From a virus (lineage: Duplodnaviria; Caudoviricetes): 64,000 nt of DNA. Of this stretch, positions 46,967 through 55,485 are shown piece after piece. The notes beneath the pieces were generated by a model. That model was given only the letters and a program-made list of their open reading frames with translations, searched no databases and was not told the origin of the DNA. The stretch's first letter is position 1. Every line of letters starts with the position of its first letter. The stretch is taken from IMG/VR virus record IMGVR_UViG_3300009788_000012, positions 292 to 64,291 of that record; one strand, given 5' to 3'. A program made the translations under genes and the position numbers.

Positions 46967-47267
46967 TGCTCCTTTGGTTGCGGGGTTCGTATTTTCCTGA
47001 TGCAAGCATATTAAAGAACTCTCCAATTGAGAGTAGCTCGGTTGGTGCCTTTTTCACCGCGCAGACCATCAGGTCAGGGCGCGGGGCAACCATCACACTT
47101 GTGTGAATAGCGTCGAAGGTGTTCACGTCGACTACCTGGCTGTGCGGATGAACGCGCGCAGCTTTTACGTGCGCTGGGTATGATGGGTCGCCCAGTATCA
47201 GATAGAGGTGTGGTTCCAATTCGAAGAAGTCGCCCGTGTCGAGTGTTTGGAGTTTTACTTTGGTCAT
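46938..47267 (-). CDS. hypothetical protein
   Basis: 109-aa ORF with GGAGG RBS. Confidence 0.5.
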   Translation of the reverse strand: MTKVKLQTLDTGDFFELEPHLYLILGDPSYPAHVKAARVHPHSQVVDVNTFDAIHTSVMVAPRPDLMVCAVKKAPTELLSIGEFFNMLASGKYEPRNQRSNETNGNSND

Positions 47268-47677
47268 CTAGTGGCCCTCCCTATCATGAAGCCGGCCAAC
47301 AAGCCGGACATAAAGGCAGCGGCGATGGCGGCTAGTGCTTGAGCTAGTGCTGGATTGTTCATGCTTACAATCCTATTACGCAGTCGCCGACCGCGTGTAT
47401 ACCGCCGCCAAAGAGTATGTGGGCAGTGATGTCAACGCAGATAACCGTTACTACAATTAAAAGCGCGGAGACCATGATGGTCGCCAGTGTTCCTAATATT
47501 ACGTTTGCAATTTCTTCCATCTTTCCGCTCCCTTCGAGAAGGTTTTGAAAGTTTTCTGGCTTGCTATTTCCCTCTACGGCTATCATGCCGAGCGGCACCC
47601 AGGGCTGACCCTGGCGTACCAGGGCTCCAGCTCCCTCCTAACCCGAAGCAGGCCAACACGGGTGGGTTGATAAAGGT

Positions 47678-47706
47678 ACTGTACCACAAATGGTGACGGA
47701 TGTCAA
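47678..47706 (-). promoter_or_regulatory. sigma70-type promoter
   Basis: TTGACA-17 nt-TACAGT with extended -10 TG. Confidence 0.65.
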
Positions 47707-47883
47707 GGGTTATGAATCGTCTAGCCATTCGTCATACCCCTCTTTTACTTCGTATGACCATTCGTCCTCGTCGCCATCGAGTCTATCCAGGCCGGCACCG
47801 TGGATGCCTGTTGCTACTTCCAGCAGTTTTGTTTCGATGTCGGAATCGTCGTCTGCGTAGATTGTTAGTACGAATTTCATTTG

Positions 47884-48324
47884 TTACTCCTCTGCTCGCT
47901 CGGTGAAGTGAGGGATGATTTCGACTTCTAGATCAGAAACTGGCATCATCAACCTTCCTTCTCGCGTTACTGCGGAACAGCCGGCACCCTCTGTTTTCTC
48001 TATCCTCATGCGCTCTTCGCCCTTTACGCCACCTGAGAGATACCTGTACATCTGGCCAAGTTTAACGTCGCGGAAGGTGAGCTTTGGTTTCGGAAGAGGG
48101 AGGGCTCTGATGCGCTCGCTCTTACCCTCGAACCTGTCGCTAAAGAAAGTGAATGGTACTACTGAGCCCAGACCATTGTGAAACGCCTCCACGTGGTCGT
48201 CATAGGTTCCAGGCATAAACTTTGCGGCTATTGTGAATGCTTGCATCGTCCTGGCTACCTCTAGCGGCATTTCTACTACGACCATCGTTTCTTCTGTTTT
48301 GAGTGTTGCTGTTACTTCGCTCAT
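47884..48324 (-). CDS. hypothetical protein, paralogue of 63171..63680
   Basis: AAGGAG RBS; shared motifs VxxxMPxxVAxT, GT(Y/F)D, RAxPLP, EVEI. Confidence 0.65.
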   Translation of the reverse strand: MSEVTATLKTEETMVVVEMPLEVARTMQAFTIAAKFMPGTYDDHVEAFHNGLGSVVPFTFFSDRFEGKSERIRALPLPKPKLTFRDVKLGQMYRYLSGGVKGEERMRIEKTEGAGCSAVTREGRLMMPVSDLEVEIIPHFTERAEE

Positions 48325-48360
48325 TTCTTTTGCTCCTTTTGGGTTGAGAATTATTTTTAA

Positions 48361-48509
48361 TCACCTGGTGGCGGGGCTTGATACCCGCTCAGTATGCATC
48401 CTGCTCGGCAACATCATGACGACCCGCTCCGCCTTGGGCAGGTATCCTGCTGCGTCTTGCGGTAGCCATGGTAATAACCGGGCGTTTCCTTCAACGCCGC
48501 ACCAGGTGA
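48361..48509 (-). ncRNA. 149-nt tRNA-like RNA with a large insert replacing the anticodon arm
   Basis: 10-bp terminal stem TCACCTGGTG/CACCAGGTGA, D-like arm GGCGTT GAAGGA AACGCC, T-like arm GCGGG TATCAAGC CCCGC stacked on the terminal stem; starts right after a promoter. Confidence 0.65.
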
Positions 48510-48513
48510 AGAT

Positions 48514-48542
48514 ACTGTAGCACAAATTGGCGAAGATGTCAA
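48514..48542 (-). promoter_or_regulatory. sigma70-type promoter
   Basis: TTGACA-17 nt-TACAGT with extended -10 TG. Confidence 0.7.
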
Positions 48543-48799
48543 GGAGTTATTTTGTGGTTACGTGCCTCAAGGGCGTCGCCGGGAGTTCTAAATATATTTT
48601 TAGATCCGTTGAGGATTACTATAATACCGGCGGCCTCGTTAATCAGCGTGTAGTACACCCGCCACTCTGTGGCTCTTTGCATCCCATCTCGGCTCGACTC
48701 TATAGAGACCTTGTCGATAACTCTTTCGGCTATCTCGTCAGTTCTGTCAGTCCAGACTGTTTCACCGGCTTTGAACTCTGGTGTTGGAATATTGTTCAT
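48539..48799 (-). CDS. hypothetical protein (SH3-like FKxGExV pattern)
   Basis: AAGGAG RBS; resembles the N-terminus of 54507..55148. Confidence 0.6.
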   Translation of the reverse strand: MNNIPTPEFKAGETVWTDRTDEIAERVIDKVSIESSRDGMQRATEWRVYYTLINEAAGIIVILNGSKNIFRTPGDALEARNHKITP

Positions 48800-48822
48800 A
48801 GTTTGCTCCTTTGTTTTTCTAT

Positions 48823-48851
48823 ACCATACACGAAAGCGGTAGTGATGTCAA
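48823..48851 (-). promoter_or_regulatory. sigma70-type promoter
   Basis: TTGACA-17 nt-TATGGT. Confidence 0.55.
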
Positions 48852-48944
48852 GTGCTTTCTTCGTGCATTACCATGCTATAACCCTCATACAGTGCTTTTC
48901 CTCATGGTTTCTGAAATTTTTACGAGGAATAGGTATATACGATC

Positions 48945-49553
48945 TCAACCACCCCGGGTGGGGTCTTCTCCAGCAGGGGGCTCCCTCGTCTCTCCGTAAC
49001 TGAATGCCCGCTTCGCGGTCACGGGTGGCGGCAACTCCGGCGGCAGTTCAATGACCTCTTCGCGTATCGTGTCGCCTAAGTCTATATTGACCGTGACTGC
49101 TGCCGTGTTGACGGCCTCACTGAACATGCCGAGATGTTTGCCCATAGCGTCTAAGGCTTTGAGCCGGTCGAACAGTTCGATCTTGAATGAGCCGTCCTTC
49201 TTGGTGTTGATACTCTTGATAGCGGCACGCTCCTGAGGCGTGAGGCTGTTCAACTGTTTGAGTGTGATAGTACCATCCTGTGACTGGTCAAGGATGTCAG
49301 GTAGTGTGGTACGTATAATACCGCAATACTCAGATACCACATGAGCTAGCTCCATGCGGTTTGCCTCCATGAGAGCGTCAGCGCGAAGTTTCAAGTGATA
49401 GGCCACGGGTGGGCGAACAAACACCTTTCCGCAGTTGATGGCGTTCACCTGGCGCCCCTTGTCCTGGTAGACGCGCGCATAGGATTCGGCCTTGCTGCCG
49501 GTGAGCTCGTATGCGTCGATGAGAGCGATTTCTTTCTTGTTTAATTTTCGCAA
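48945..49553 (-). CDS. terS: terminase small subunit
   Basis: LNKKE...Y...ESYARVY HTH-like start, AAIKSI...KIELFDRLKALDAMGKHLGMF signature. Confidence 0.85.
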   Translation of the reverse strand: MRKLNKKEIALIDAYELTGSKAESYARVYQDKGRQVNAINCGKVFVRPPVAYHLKLRADALMEANRMELAHVVSEYCGIIRTTLPDILDQSQDGTITLKQLNSLTPQERAAIKSINTKKDGSFKIELFDRLKALDAMGKHLGMFSEAVNTAAVTVNIDLGDTIREEVIELPPELPPPVTAKRAFSYGETREPPAGEDPTRGG

Positions 49554-49584
49554 TGTAAAAAACTCCTCTTTACGTTTTGTATAG

Positions 49585-49614
49585 ATTGTAACACTTATTG
49601 TATATAAATGTCAA
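49585..49614 (-). promoter_or_regulatory. sigma70-type promoter for terS
   Basis: TTGACA-18 nt-TACAAT. Confidence 0.7.
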
Positions 49615-49617
49615 ATT

Positions 49618-49703
49618 CCTAGTGTTTCAAAATGAAACACTAGGCGTATATCGCAAAATGCCGATATACACAAATATTGTCACTAAGTGACAAAGATTGT
49701 CAC
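49618..49703. promoter_or_regulatory. palindromic operator/enhancer-like sites
   Basis: CCTAGTGTTTCA-AAA-TGAAACACTAGG (49618-49644) and overlapping TTGTCAC-TAA-GTGACAA / GTGACAA-AGA-TTGTCAC (49677-49703). Confidence 0.6.
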
Positions 49704-49716
49704 GTGAATAATGACA

Positions 49717-49732
49717 TGCAATTCTCATGCCA
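49717..49732 (-). promoter_or_regulatory. sigma54 (-24/-12) promoter, leftward
   Basis: TGGCATG-AGAA-TTGCA, matching the TGGCACG-N4-TTGCW consensus. Confidence 0.6.
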
Positions 49733-49779
49733 ATATGCCAAAAGCCATAAGGTGTTGCAAATACTACACTTCCACGAAT

Positions 49780-49795
49780 TGGCACGCAACCTGCT
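49780..49795 (+). promoter_or_regulatory. sigma54 (-24/-12) promoter for the plus-strand early block
   Basis: TGGCACG-CAAC-CTGCT with GG-N10-GC spacing, ~45 nt before the first ATG. Confidence 0.65.
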
Positions 49796-49840
49796 ACATA
49801 CTACGCGACAATTGAATGAAACAACCGAAAGGAAACGATA

Positions 49841-50020
49841 ATGTATACACTCAAATTTGACGGAGTAACGATCCACACTTCAAGCGATGTAGGCTGCGAC
49901 TACTGGGCAAAAACAATCGCTTACGAAGAACATACTTATGTACACGTAACTAACGAGGACGGCGAACCGTTAAGAGTTTATCATCCTCTCGGTGGAATCA
50001 AAGATCCACTGAGAGCCTAG
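49841..50020 (+). CDS. 59-aa early hypothetical protein (not in ORF track)
   Basis: GAAAGGA RBS; MYTLKFDGVTIHTSSDVGCDYWAK... Confidence 0.55.
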   Translation: MYTLKFDGVTIHTSSDVGCDYWAKTIAYEEHTYVHVTNEDGEPLRVYHPLGGIKDPLRA

Positions 50021-50024
50021 CGCG

Positions 50025-50350
50025 GGGTATCAAATAGGATACACGAAGCGAAACACAACAACGGAGATCAAGGAAATGAATGCAATAACAGGCCAAGACA
50101 GACTAGATACACTCAAGGAATTAAGCGAATTACCCCATGAAGAAATGTTGACAGCCATAAGGAAGCATGCGCACACTCACAAATTCAAAGAGTGTCAATG
50201 CATGGTTTGCGGATATCTACTTACGTCCGTAGAATCGGTTTGCGGTACTTGCGTTATAGGCTTGATGTAACGCCTAGTGTCTCCCACTTGATACCCTTTC
50301 GCGGGTATCAAATAGGATACACCGAAGCGAAACACAACCAACGGAGATCA
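50025..50350 (+). repeat. direct intergenic repeat (copies at 50025-50070 and 50303-50350; partial third at 50686-50744)
   Basis: GGGTATCAAATAGGATACAC(C)GAAGCGAAACACAAC(C)AACGGAGATCA. Confidence 0.85.
50076..50270 (+). CDS. small zinc-finger early protein
   Basis: CMVCG...CGTC; AAGGA RBS. Confidence 0.55.
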   Translation: MNAITGQDRLDTLKELSELPHEEMLTAIRKHAHTHKFKECQCMVCGYLLTSVESVCGTCVIGLM

Positions 50351-50355
50351 GAACA

Positions 50356-50673
50356 ATGAACAATATTGATTTTCAGCCAAACACTATTTTAGCACATCTA
50401 CTAAGTTTCAAGAATGGTTTAGCGACAGTCCTGGAAAACGAAAAAGAAAACTGGTACAGAAGTAACTTTTGGACACTGCGGCGCTGGATGGTATACAAAG
50501 GGAAGGCGAAGTGCACAGAAGAAGAATTCAAGGTCTTACCCTACGAAGAGCAAGACAAAATAAAAAAACAAATAATCAAAACAGGTCAAAAAATACCCTA
50601 TGAACAAGCCGTGACGGCTTGTGAACGTAGTGTCTGGTTCACTATGTCTAACAATCAAAAACGATTTAGCTAA
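50356..50673 (+). CDS. early hypothetical protein
   Basis: GGAG RBS supplied by the repeat. Confidence 0.55.
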   Translation: MNNIDFQPNTILAHLLSFKNGLATVLENEKENWYRSNFWTLRRWMVYKGKAKCTEEEFKVLPYEEQDKIKKQIIKTGQKIPYEQAVTACERSVWFTMSNNQKRFS

Positions 50674-50781
50674 CCCAGGCCAAGGCCTAGTGCCTCCCAT
50701 CCCGCACTCTCTGGAGTGCGGGCTAGTAGACACGAAGCGAAACAGACGCAACGCAACGAAATACTTGGGAGGTAACGAGAA

Positions 50782-50970
50782 ATGAACAGAGCACACAACG
50801 CGCAGAAGTTTGTTGACGAAAACAGAGGTATTGAAGGTGAAGCCGCTATGTTAATGGCGACAATGAAACTAGAGGTCATGCTCTTTAACAGAGATAAAGA
50901 GCAGATGCAACCATTTCTAGATCGTCTCGTGGTGCTACACAACGAAGGAAAAGGAGTAGACCTATCATGA
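50782..50970 (+). CDS. early hypothetical protein
   Basis: GGAGGT RBS. Confidence 0.55.
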   Translation: MNRAHNAQKFVDENRGIEGEAAMLMATMKLEVMLFNRDKEQMQPFLDRLVVLHNEGKGVDLS

Positions 50971-51215
50971 CAAAACAAGAATTCGGCAAGGCCATCGAGC
51001 TGGCAAAAAGCACGATCACGCTCACGGTGAACCGCGACACCGCGTATCTATTCAGCAAAGTAAACCGAGAGCCTGTAGAATGCACCATGCACGAATTGGC
51101 AGCATGCCTGCGCCTCACGTGTGTACACAACGATCTTGGTTGGCTTGATACAAGCCTTGACAATTTCATGGCACGCAACAACATCCGCAACATAAGGATT
51201 GCGAGTTATGAGTAA
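50967..51215 (+). CDS. early hypothetical protein
   Basis: AAGGAG RBS, ATGA coupling. Confidence 0.55.
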   Translation: MTKQEFGKAIELAKSTITLTVNRDTAYLFSKVNREPVECTMHELAACLRLTCVHNDLGWLDTSLDNFMARNNIRNIRIASYE

Positions 51216-51405
51216 CACAAAAGAATACACTGCTACATGGTCAATCCAAATTGACGCAGAATCACCAGAAGAGGCAGCAAAGATAGCAGAAGAGATATGC
51301 TCTTCGCGCCCCGACCTTGCTCGCTCTTGGGAGATCCTGGAATGCGACAACAAAGACGCAGAGCCACAAATTATAGACTTGACCGAAGTGTTAGAAAGGG
51401 AGTAG
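51208..51405 (+). CDS. early hypothetical protein
   Basis: YTATWSIQIDAESPEEAA pattern common in phage early proteins. Confidence 0.6.
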   Translation: MSNTKEYTATWSIQIDAESPEEAAKIAEEICSSRPDLARSWEILECDNKDAEPQIIDLTEVLERE

Positions 51406-51411
51406 CGCGCT

Positions 51412-51630
51412 ATGACATACAAAACAAGCTTCACACTAGCAGAGGCCGCTGGCTGGCAAACGGGGCGCATACTCACGCCAGAGGATTGCTTCTACATACT
51501 AGGACAAATTGCACGTCTGAGGATAGTGCATCCTGACTGGCAAAACCCCGAACCAGATAACGCCGATCTTGGTAGCCTAGCAGGCTCTAGTGTCGGATTG
51601 TATTACGGCCAATGCCCCTGGGCGGAATAA
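51412..51630 (+). CDS. early hypothetical protein
   Basis: GGGAG RBS. Confidence 0.5.
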   Translation: MTYKTSFTLAEAAGWQTGRILTPEDCFYILGQIARLRIVHPDWQNPEPDNADLGSLAGSSVGLYYGQCPWAE

Positions 51631-51651
51631 CAAAAAAAGGAGTAACACACC

Positions 51652-52134
51652 ATGAGTAAAACAATCAAAGATCCGTGCCCCGTTTGCAAGACAGAGGAAG
51701 TAATGTTGGAATGTCACATATGCGGCGCTGAGCTGTGCCTCAAGTGCGCAAGAGATGAGCTGTGTTCTTTTGCCATGTGCCCCGACTGTCAAAAAGAAGA
51801 CCCCCTGGCAATTTGGGAATCAGACGGCTTCCGAGTGATTATGCGACCAACCGGACGCTACGACAGGTACGGAAAAACCGGAACAGCCTATAAGTTTTTC
51901 CACGAAGGTAATCTAATCTTCCGAGGTGAAGAATACTACCCAGCCCCAAGCACTAAGTGGGACTCAGAAGCAAGTCAGCTAAGCCTCCTTAGTTTCTTCG
52001 CCATGGGGTACGAAGACACAGACGACGAATTCTTCGAGGAGTACACGCCAGAACAGATAGCCTGGCGCGACGAATTCGCCGAAGAGCTAAGCATGATTGT
52101 GATGGAGCAAGAAGAAGAATTGGAAGAAGCCTAA
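51652..52134 (+). CDS. early protein with N-terminal zinc finger and acidic C-terminus
   Basis: CPVC, CHIC, CLKC, CPDC; AAGGAG RBS. Confidence 0.6.
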   Translation: MSKTIKDPCPVCKTEEVMLECHICGAELCLKCARDELCSFAMCPDCQKEDPLAIWESDGFRVIMRPTGRYDRYGKTGTAYKFFHEGNLIFRGEEYYPAPSTKWDSEASQLSLLSFFAMGYEDTDDEFFEEYTPEQIAWRDEFAEELSMIVMEQEEELEEA

Positions 52135-52218
52135 TACCCCCACGGTTCGGCTCTGCCAAGAGCCCTATCGTGGGCGCATTAGCGCAAAGGCGGAAACCCG
52201 CCAAGAAAGGATCGCACC

Positions 52219-52752
52219 ATGTGCAAACCAAAAGTAATGACATTCGAGCAATTCCTGCAAAAGCATGATCTTGAGCCACTGGGACCAAAACCAAACCACC
52301 TCACGGGCGACTTTGAGTGCATAGAATACAATATTGGGAGAAAGGAACTTCTTGCCGAATACGATCGCTTGGTCGAGAAAGGCTTTCTACGCCCACCCAC
52401 ACAAGGGGAGCGCTTCGTGGCACACACCGCCGAAGAGAATCAAGGCAAGATAGACTTCGGCCACAAAACCGGCGCACAAATCAGCCAAGAGATAGGCCGG
52501 CGTGTCGTTGACTTCCGCGCCGAGATGGACTTTGGCCAATTTCACGAGTACGACCACAAAGAAGACCCTGAAGGTTTTTGTTGCAGTGTGCTCTTGGGTA
52601 TGCTACACTGGTGCAACATCAACGGCCACGACTTCGACGAAGAGATGGCAAAAGCCATGGATCATTTCCGTGACGATCTCCACGATGACGATGGCCCTGG
52701 CTCAGTGAAGGCTTACATTGACGACCATATTACTAGAGGCGGCAAGGACTAG
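52219..52752 (+). CDS. early hypothetical protein
   Basis: 177-aa ORF; LHWCNINGHDFDEEMAKA segment. Confidence 0.6.
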   Translation: MCKPKVMTFEQFLQKHDLEPLGPKPNHLTGDFECIEYNIGRKELLAEYDRLVEKGFLRPPTQGERFVAHTAEENQGKIDFGHKTGAQISQEIGRRVVDFRAEMDFGQFHEYDHKEDPEGFCCSVLLGMLHWCNINGHDFDEEMAKAMDHFRDDLHDDDGPGSVKAYIDDHITRGGKD

Positions 52753-52785
52753 CCGTCGAGAGAGACGGAAAGGATTAAAATCACA

Positions 52786-53247
52786 ATGGCAGGCCGACCC
52801 CGAATACGCACCGATGCCGAGAGGAAAGCCATTAGGGCAAAGCACGTTACACCCCCCATCCGCCGTATCCCTATCCTCGTCGTACCCGACGGGGAATTGT
52901 GGGAGGTAGATGGCCACTATCTCAAGGTGCCGAAGAAGTATATGGCCTACTGTCGCAAGCAGCATATGTGGTGTGGCCGCAGATGGTTTCGCCTCAATGC
53001 CCCCCTCGCTACCCCCGAGGAGCTGCTGCTGATCAAGGACCACATCGAAGCCCAAGGAAACCTGCGCAAGAAGCGCTTCAAAGAGATGCGTAAAAACGCA
53101 GCTATGACACTCGCGGACGTCGCTATGGCCTTTGGCCTCACCACTTCGAGTATATGCAGTATCGAAAAAGGCCATCAGAAATGCCTACCCTACCATGTCC
53201 TAGCGCTACGCGCTGTTGTAGAGAATTGGGAGTGGCGGCTCAAATAA
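52786..53247 (+). CDS. XRE-family helix-turn-helix regulator
   Basis: C-terminal FKEMRKNAAMTLADVAMAFGLTTSSICSIEKG. Confidence 0.75.
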   Translation: MAGRPRIRTDAERKAIRAKHVTPPIRRIPILVVPDGELWEVDGHYLKVPKKYMAYCRKQHMWCGRRWFRLNAPLATPEELLLIKDHIEAQGNLRKKRFKEMRKNAAMTLADVAMAFGLTTSSICSIEKGHQKCLPYHVLALRAVVENWEWRLK

Positions 53248-53334
53248 CCGAGCCACCACAGTTTGAAAACAATGGCGACAAAAGGACAAAAGCCGCACCA
53301 GGCTCACGCCGCACGCGGCAAAGGAGTAAACAGA

Positions 53335-53547
53335 ATGAAGTTTGAAGACGTGCCAATACACAATGAATTCAGATTCTTAGGTCCGACTAGCGAGCGGTTA
53401 AGGGGTAAAATATTTACTAAAGTCGATCCTGAAAAGGTGGCCTTTTCGTATTTCTGGAACGCCTCTTTTGGTCACGCCGTCGATGCGCAAATGACGTTGT
53501 ATACCTTTGACTACGACGAACTGCAAACGGAAGTAATAGTGTTTTAG
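53335..53547 (+). CDS. hypothetical protein
   Basis: AAGGAG RBS before MKFEDVP. Confidence 0.55.
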   Translation: MKFEDVPIHNEFRFLGPTSERLRGKIFTKVDPEKVAFSYFWNASFGHAVDAQMTLYTFDYDELQTEVIVF

Positions 53548-53581
53548 GCACAAAGCGGAAACCCCGCGAAAGGAGTAACAC

Positions 53582-53980
53582 ATGAGTTCTTCGAAAGAAC
53601 GAATCAAAATGATCTGTAAGTGGTACGCCGGAGGCTTCTGTTCAGATTCCAGCATTAAGGATTATGATCCGGAAGGCAAGAGTCCTACCCAAATTGCACA
53701 AGAATTACTGCTAGGCAAGCATACTGGAGGTCTCTACGCATTCCAGCTAGGCTACCGCACGCGCCTCACGGTGGGCGGTGAAACGGTAGATGGCAAATTC
53801 ACGCTCGATCCGGATATCACCTATTATATCGGCGGCAAGGTGTTAACTCAAAAAAATCTCGAAGAGGGAGATCAAAGTATCCTTGCGCAAAACATGCGGG
53901 GCAACAACTGGGATGTCGTCATGACTCGATGCGGTCAAGCTATTCCAATCAGCGGCGAGGTCGTGATACTAGACGTATAA
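53582..53980 (+). CDS. hypothetical protein
   Basis: AAGGAG RBS. Confidence 0.6.
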   Translation: MSSSKERIKMICKWYAGGFCSDSSIKDYDPEGKSPTQIAQELLLGKHTGGLYAFQLGYRTRLTVGGETVDGKFTLDPDITYYIGGKVLTQKNLEEGDQSILAQNMRGNNWDVVMTRCGQAIPISGEVVILDV

Positions 53981-54032
53981 ACACAACGCCGCACAGGGCT
54001 TACGCCGCATAGCGGCAAAGGAGAAAAGGGAA

Positions 54033-54356
54033 ATGAAGACAAAAATAGACGAGCCGGCAGTAATGAACGGTAGCGCGGCATTCAAGCTTGCCGAGACAGC
54101 GCTCACAACATCTACCAGGGAAGTCCGTACAATGAAGGCGGAAGGCACAATTAAAGATGCCTGCGTTCTCGTTGCCCGCCTTCTCGATGAGCACAGTGAC
54201 GAATGCAACAACTACTGGATTTGCCGAGTCGATGACTATATCGAGTACACCACAAACTGGTACACCTACAGGGGCTCGCAAATGGGAGTCGAAAGCTGCA
54301 TGATTGCTTGGGCCAACAAGATTATGCGCCCCGTTGGAAGAATAGTGACCGCATGA
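54033..54356 (+). CDS. hypothetical protein
   Basis: RBS supplied by the intergenic repeat. Confidence 0.55.
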   Translation: MKTKIDEPAVMNGSAAFKLAETALTTSTREVRTMKAEGTIKDACVLVARLLDEHSDECNNYWICRVDDYIEYTTNWYTYRGSQMGVESCMIAWANKIMRPVGRIVTA

Positions 54357-54506
54357 CCGGCCAATACCCCAACTGCAACGCCCAATTCCTCCACCGCGTG
54401 AAGTGGTTACGCGGTGGTAGAGCCATTCACTGGTGGCAATGCACTGGCTGTACTGTCACCACGAAAGAACAGCGGTACCTAACCGAAGAAAAGGAGCAAG
54501 GAAAAG

Positions 54507-55148
54507 ATGAGTAAAGAAAAAACTAGTCACAAGACCACGATTAAACACAAATTCAACCAAGGCGACGAGGTGTTCTTCTTGAGCACCTTTGACGATGGCA
54601 GCACAACTCGCATTACGGAGGATGTCATAAAAGACTGCACAGTCCATAGCGGTACCGGAGGATGGACAGACATCCATTACCTCAACAAGGAGGGATATTC
54701 CTACCCAGAATCCCGCGTCTTCCACTCCATTCAGGACGCAGTAGACGGCCTTAGGAAGATCCTCTACGCCGAAGTCGACAAGAAAATCAAAGACGATCTC
54801 GACCTCCTTGTAGTAAACTACGACATCGACCTTGAGCCAGCCCAGAAAGCGCCGGCGGCGGTCTCGCCGGAAGGCCTTCGCATCTCTGGCGTACCGATCG
54901 GGAGGGTGTTTTGTATTACAGACCCCGAGAATGATGCTCGGGCTATTCCTTGGCGTGGGCTCTACCTGAGGGTTGAATGTAAGCACCCAACATCAAGCAA
55001 GAGCGAACTCTGGGTCAGGGACATTTTCCTTGGTATTGACGAAACCAACAACGACATTAGGGTAAGAGCGGAAATTGAACATCCTACATTCTTTACGAAA
55101 GGTGGCGACAACTCAACCGACTACCTAGTCACCCTCCTCAAGCCGTAG
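54507..55148 (+). CDS. hypothetical two-domain protein
   Basis: KFNQGDEVFF N-domain; last plus-strand gene, stop overlaps a convergent gene. Confidence 0.6.
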   Translation: MSKEKTSHKTTIKHKFNQGDEVFFLSTFDDGSTTRITEDVIKDCTVHSGTGGWTDIHYLNKEGYSYPESRVFHSIQDAVDGLRKILYAEVDKKIKDDLDLLVVNYDIDLEPAQKAPAAVSPEGLRISGVPIGRVFCITDPENDARAIPWRGLYLRVECKHPTSSKSELWVRDIFLGIDETNNDIRVRAEIEHPTFFTKGGDNSTDYLVTLLKP

Positions 55149-55485
55149 GTCGCACCTCTTCAGCGGCTCCTTGACGGGAGCCGCTGAAATACGTCTCCAG
55201 CCATGTCAAACCCTCGTCACTCAACACCCCCACCCCTTCCGCCAGCGCCTTGTCGGCCGCCACTAACGCGAGCCGTATCGTCTTCTTTTGACCACGGGTG
55301 GCGTATGGATTTATATTGTAAACCAATCCCTCTACAGTCCAAGGAAACATCCCGCGCACGGCCTTTGTCTTGACGTGAGCCGTCACTCCACCATTGGGAA
55401 GTAAAGCCGACTTGACCATCTCCCCATCTAGGGCGTCACCTTTAACAACCCAGCCCTCAAAGGTATTTTTCGAGGCCTTACTCAT
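55138..55485 (-). CDS. hypothetical protein
   Basis: 115-aa ORF, end of the minus-strand run. Confidence 0.5.
   Translation of the reverse strand: MSKASKNTFEGWVVKGDALDGEMVKSALLPNGGVTAHVKTKAVRGMFPWTVEGLVYNINPYATRGQKKTIRLALVAADKALAEGVGVLSDEGLTWLETYFSGSRQGAAEEVRPTA

Noticed and set aside
50016-50760. Hammerhead ribozymes suggested by CGAAAC in the early repeats
   Set aside because: The CUGAnGA core is absent.
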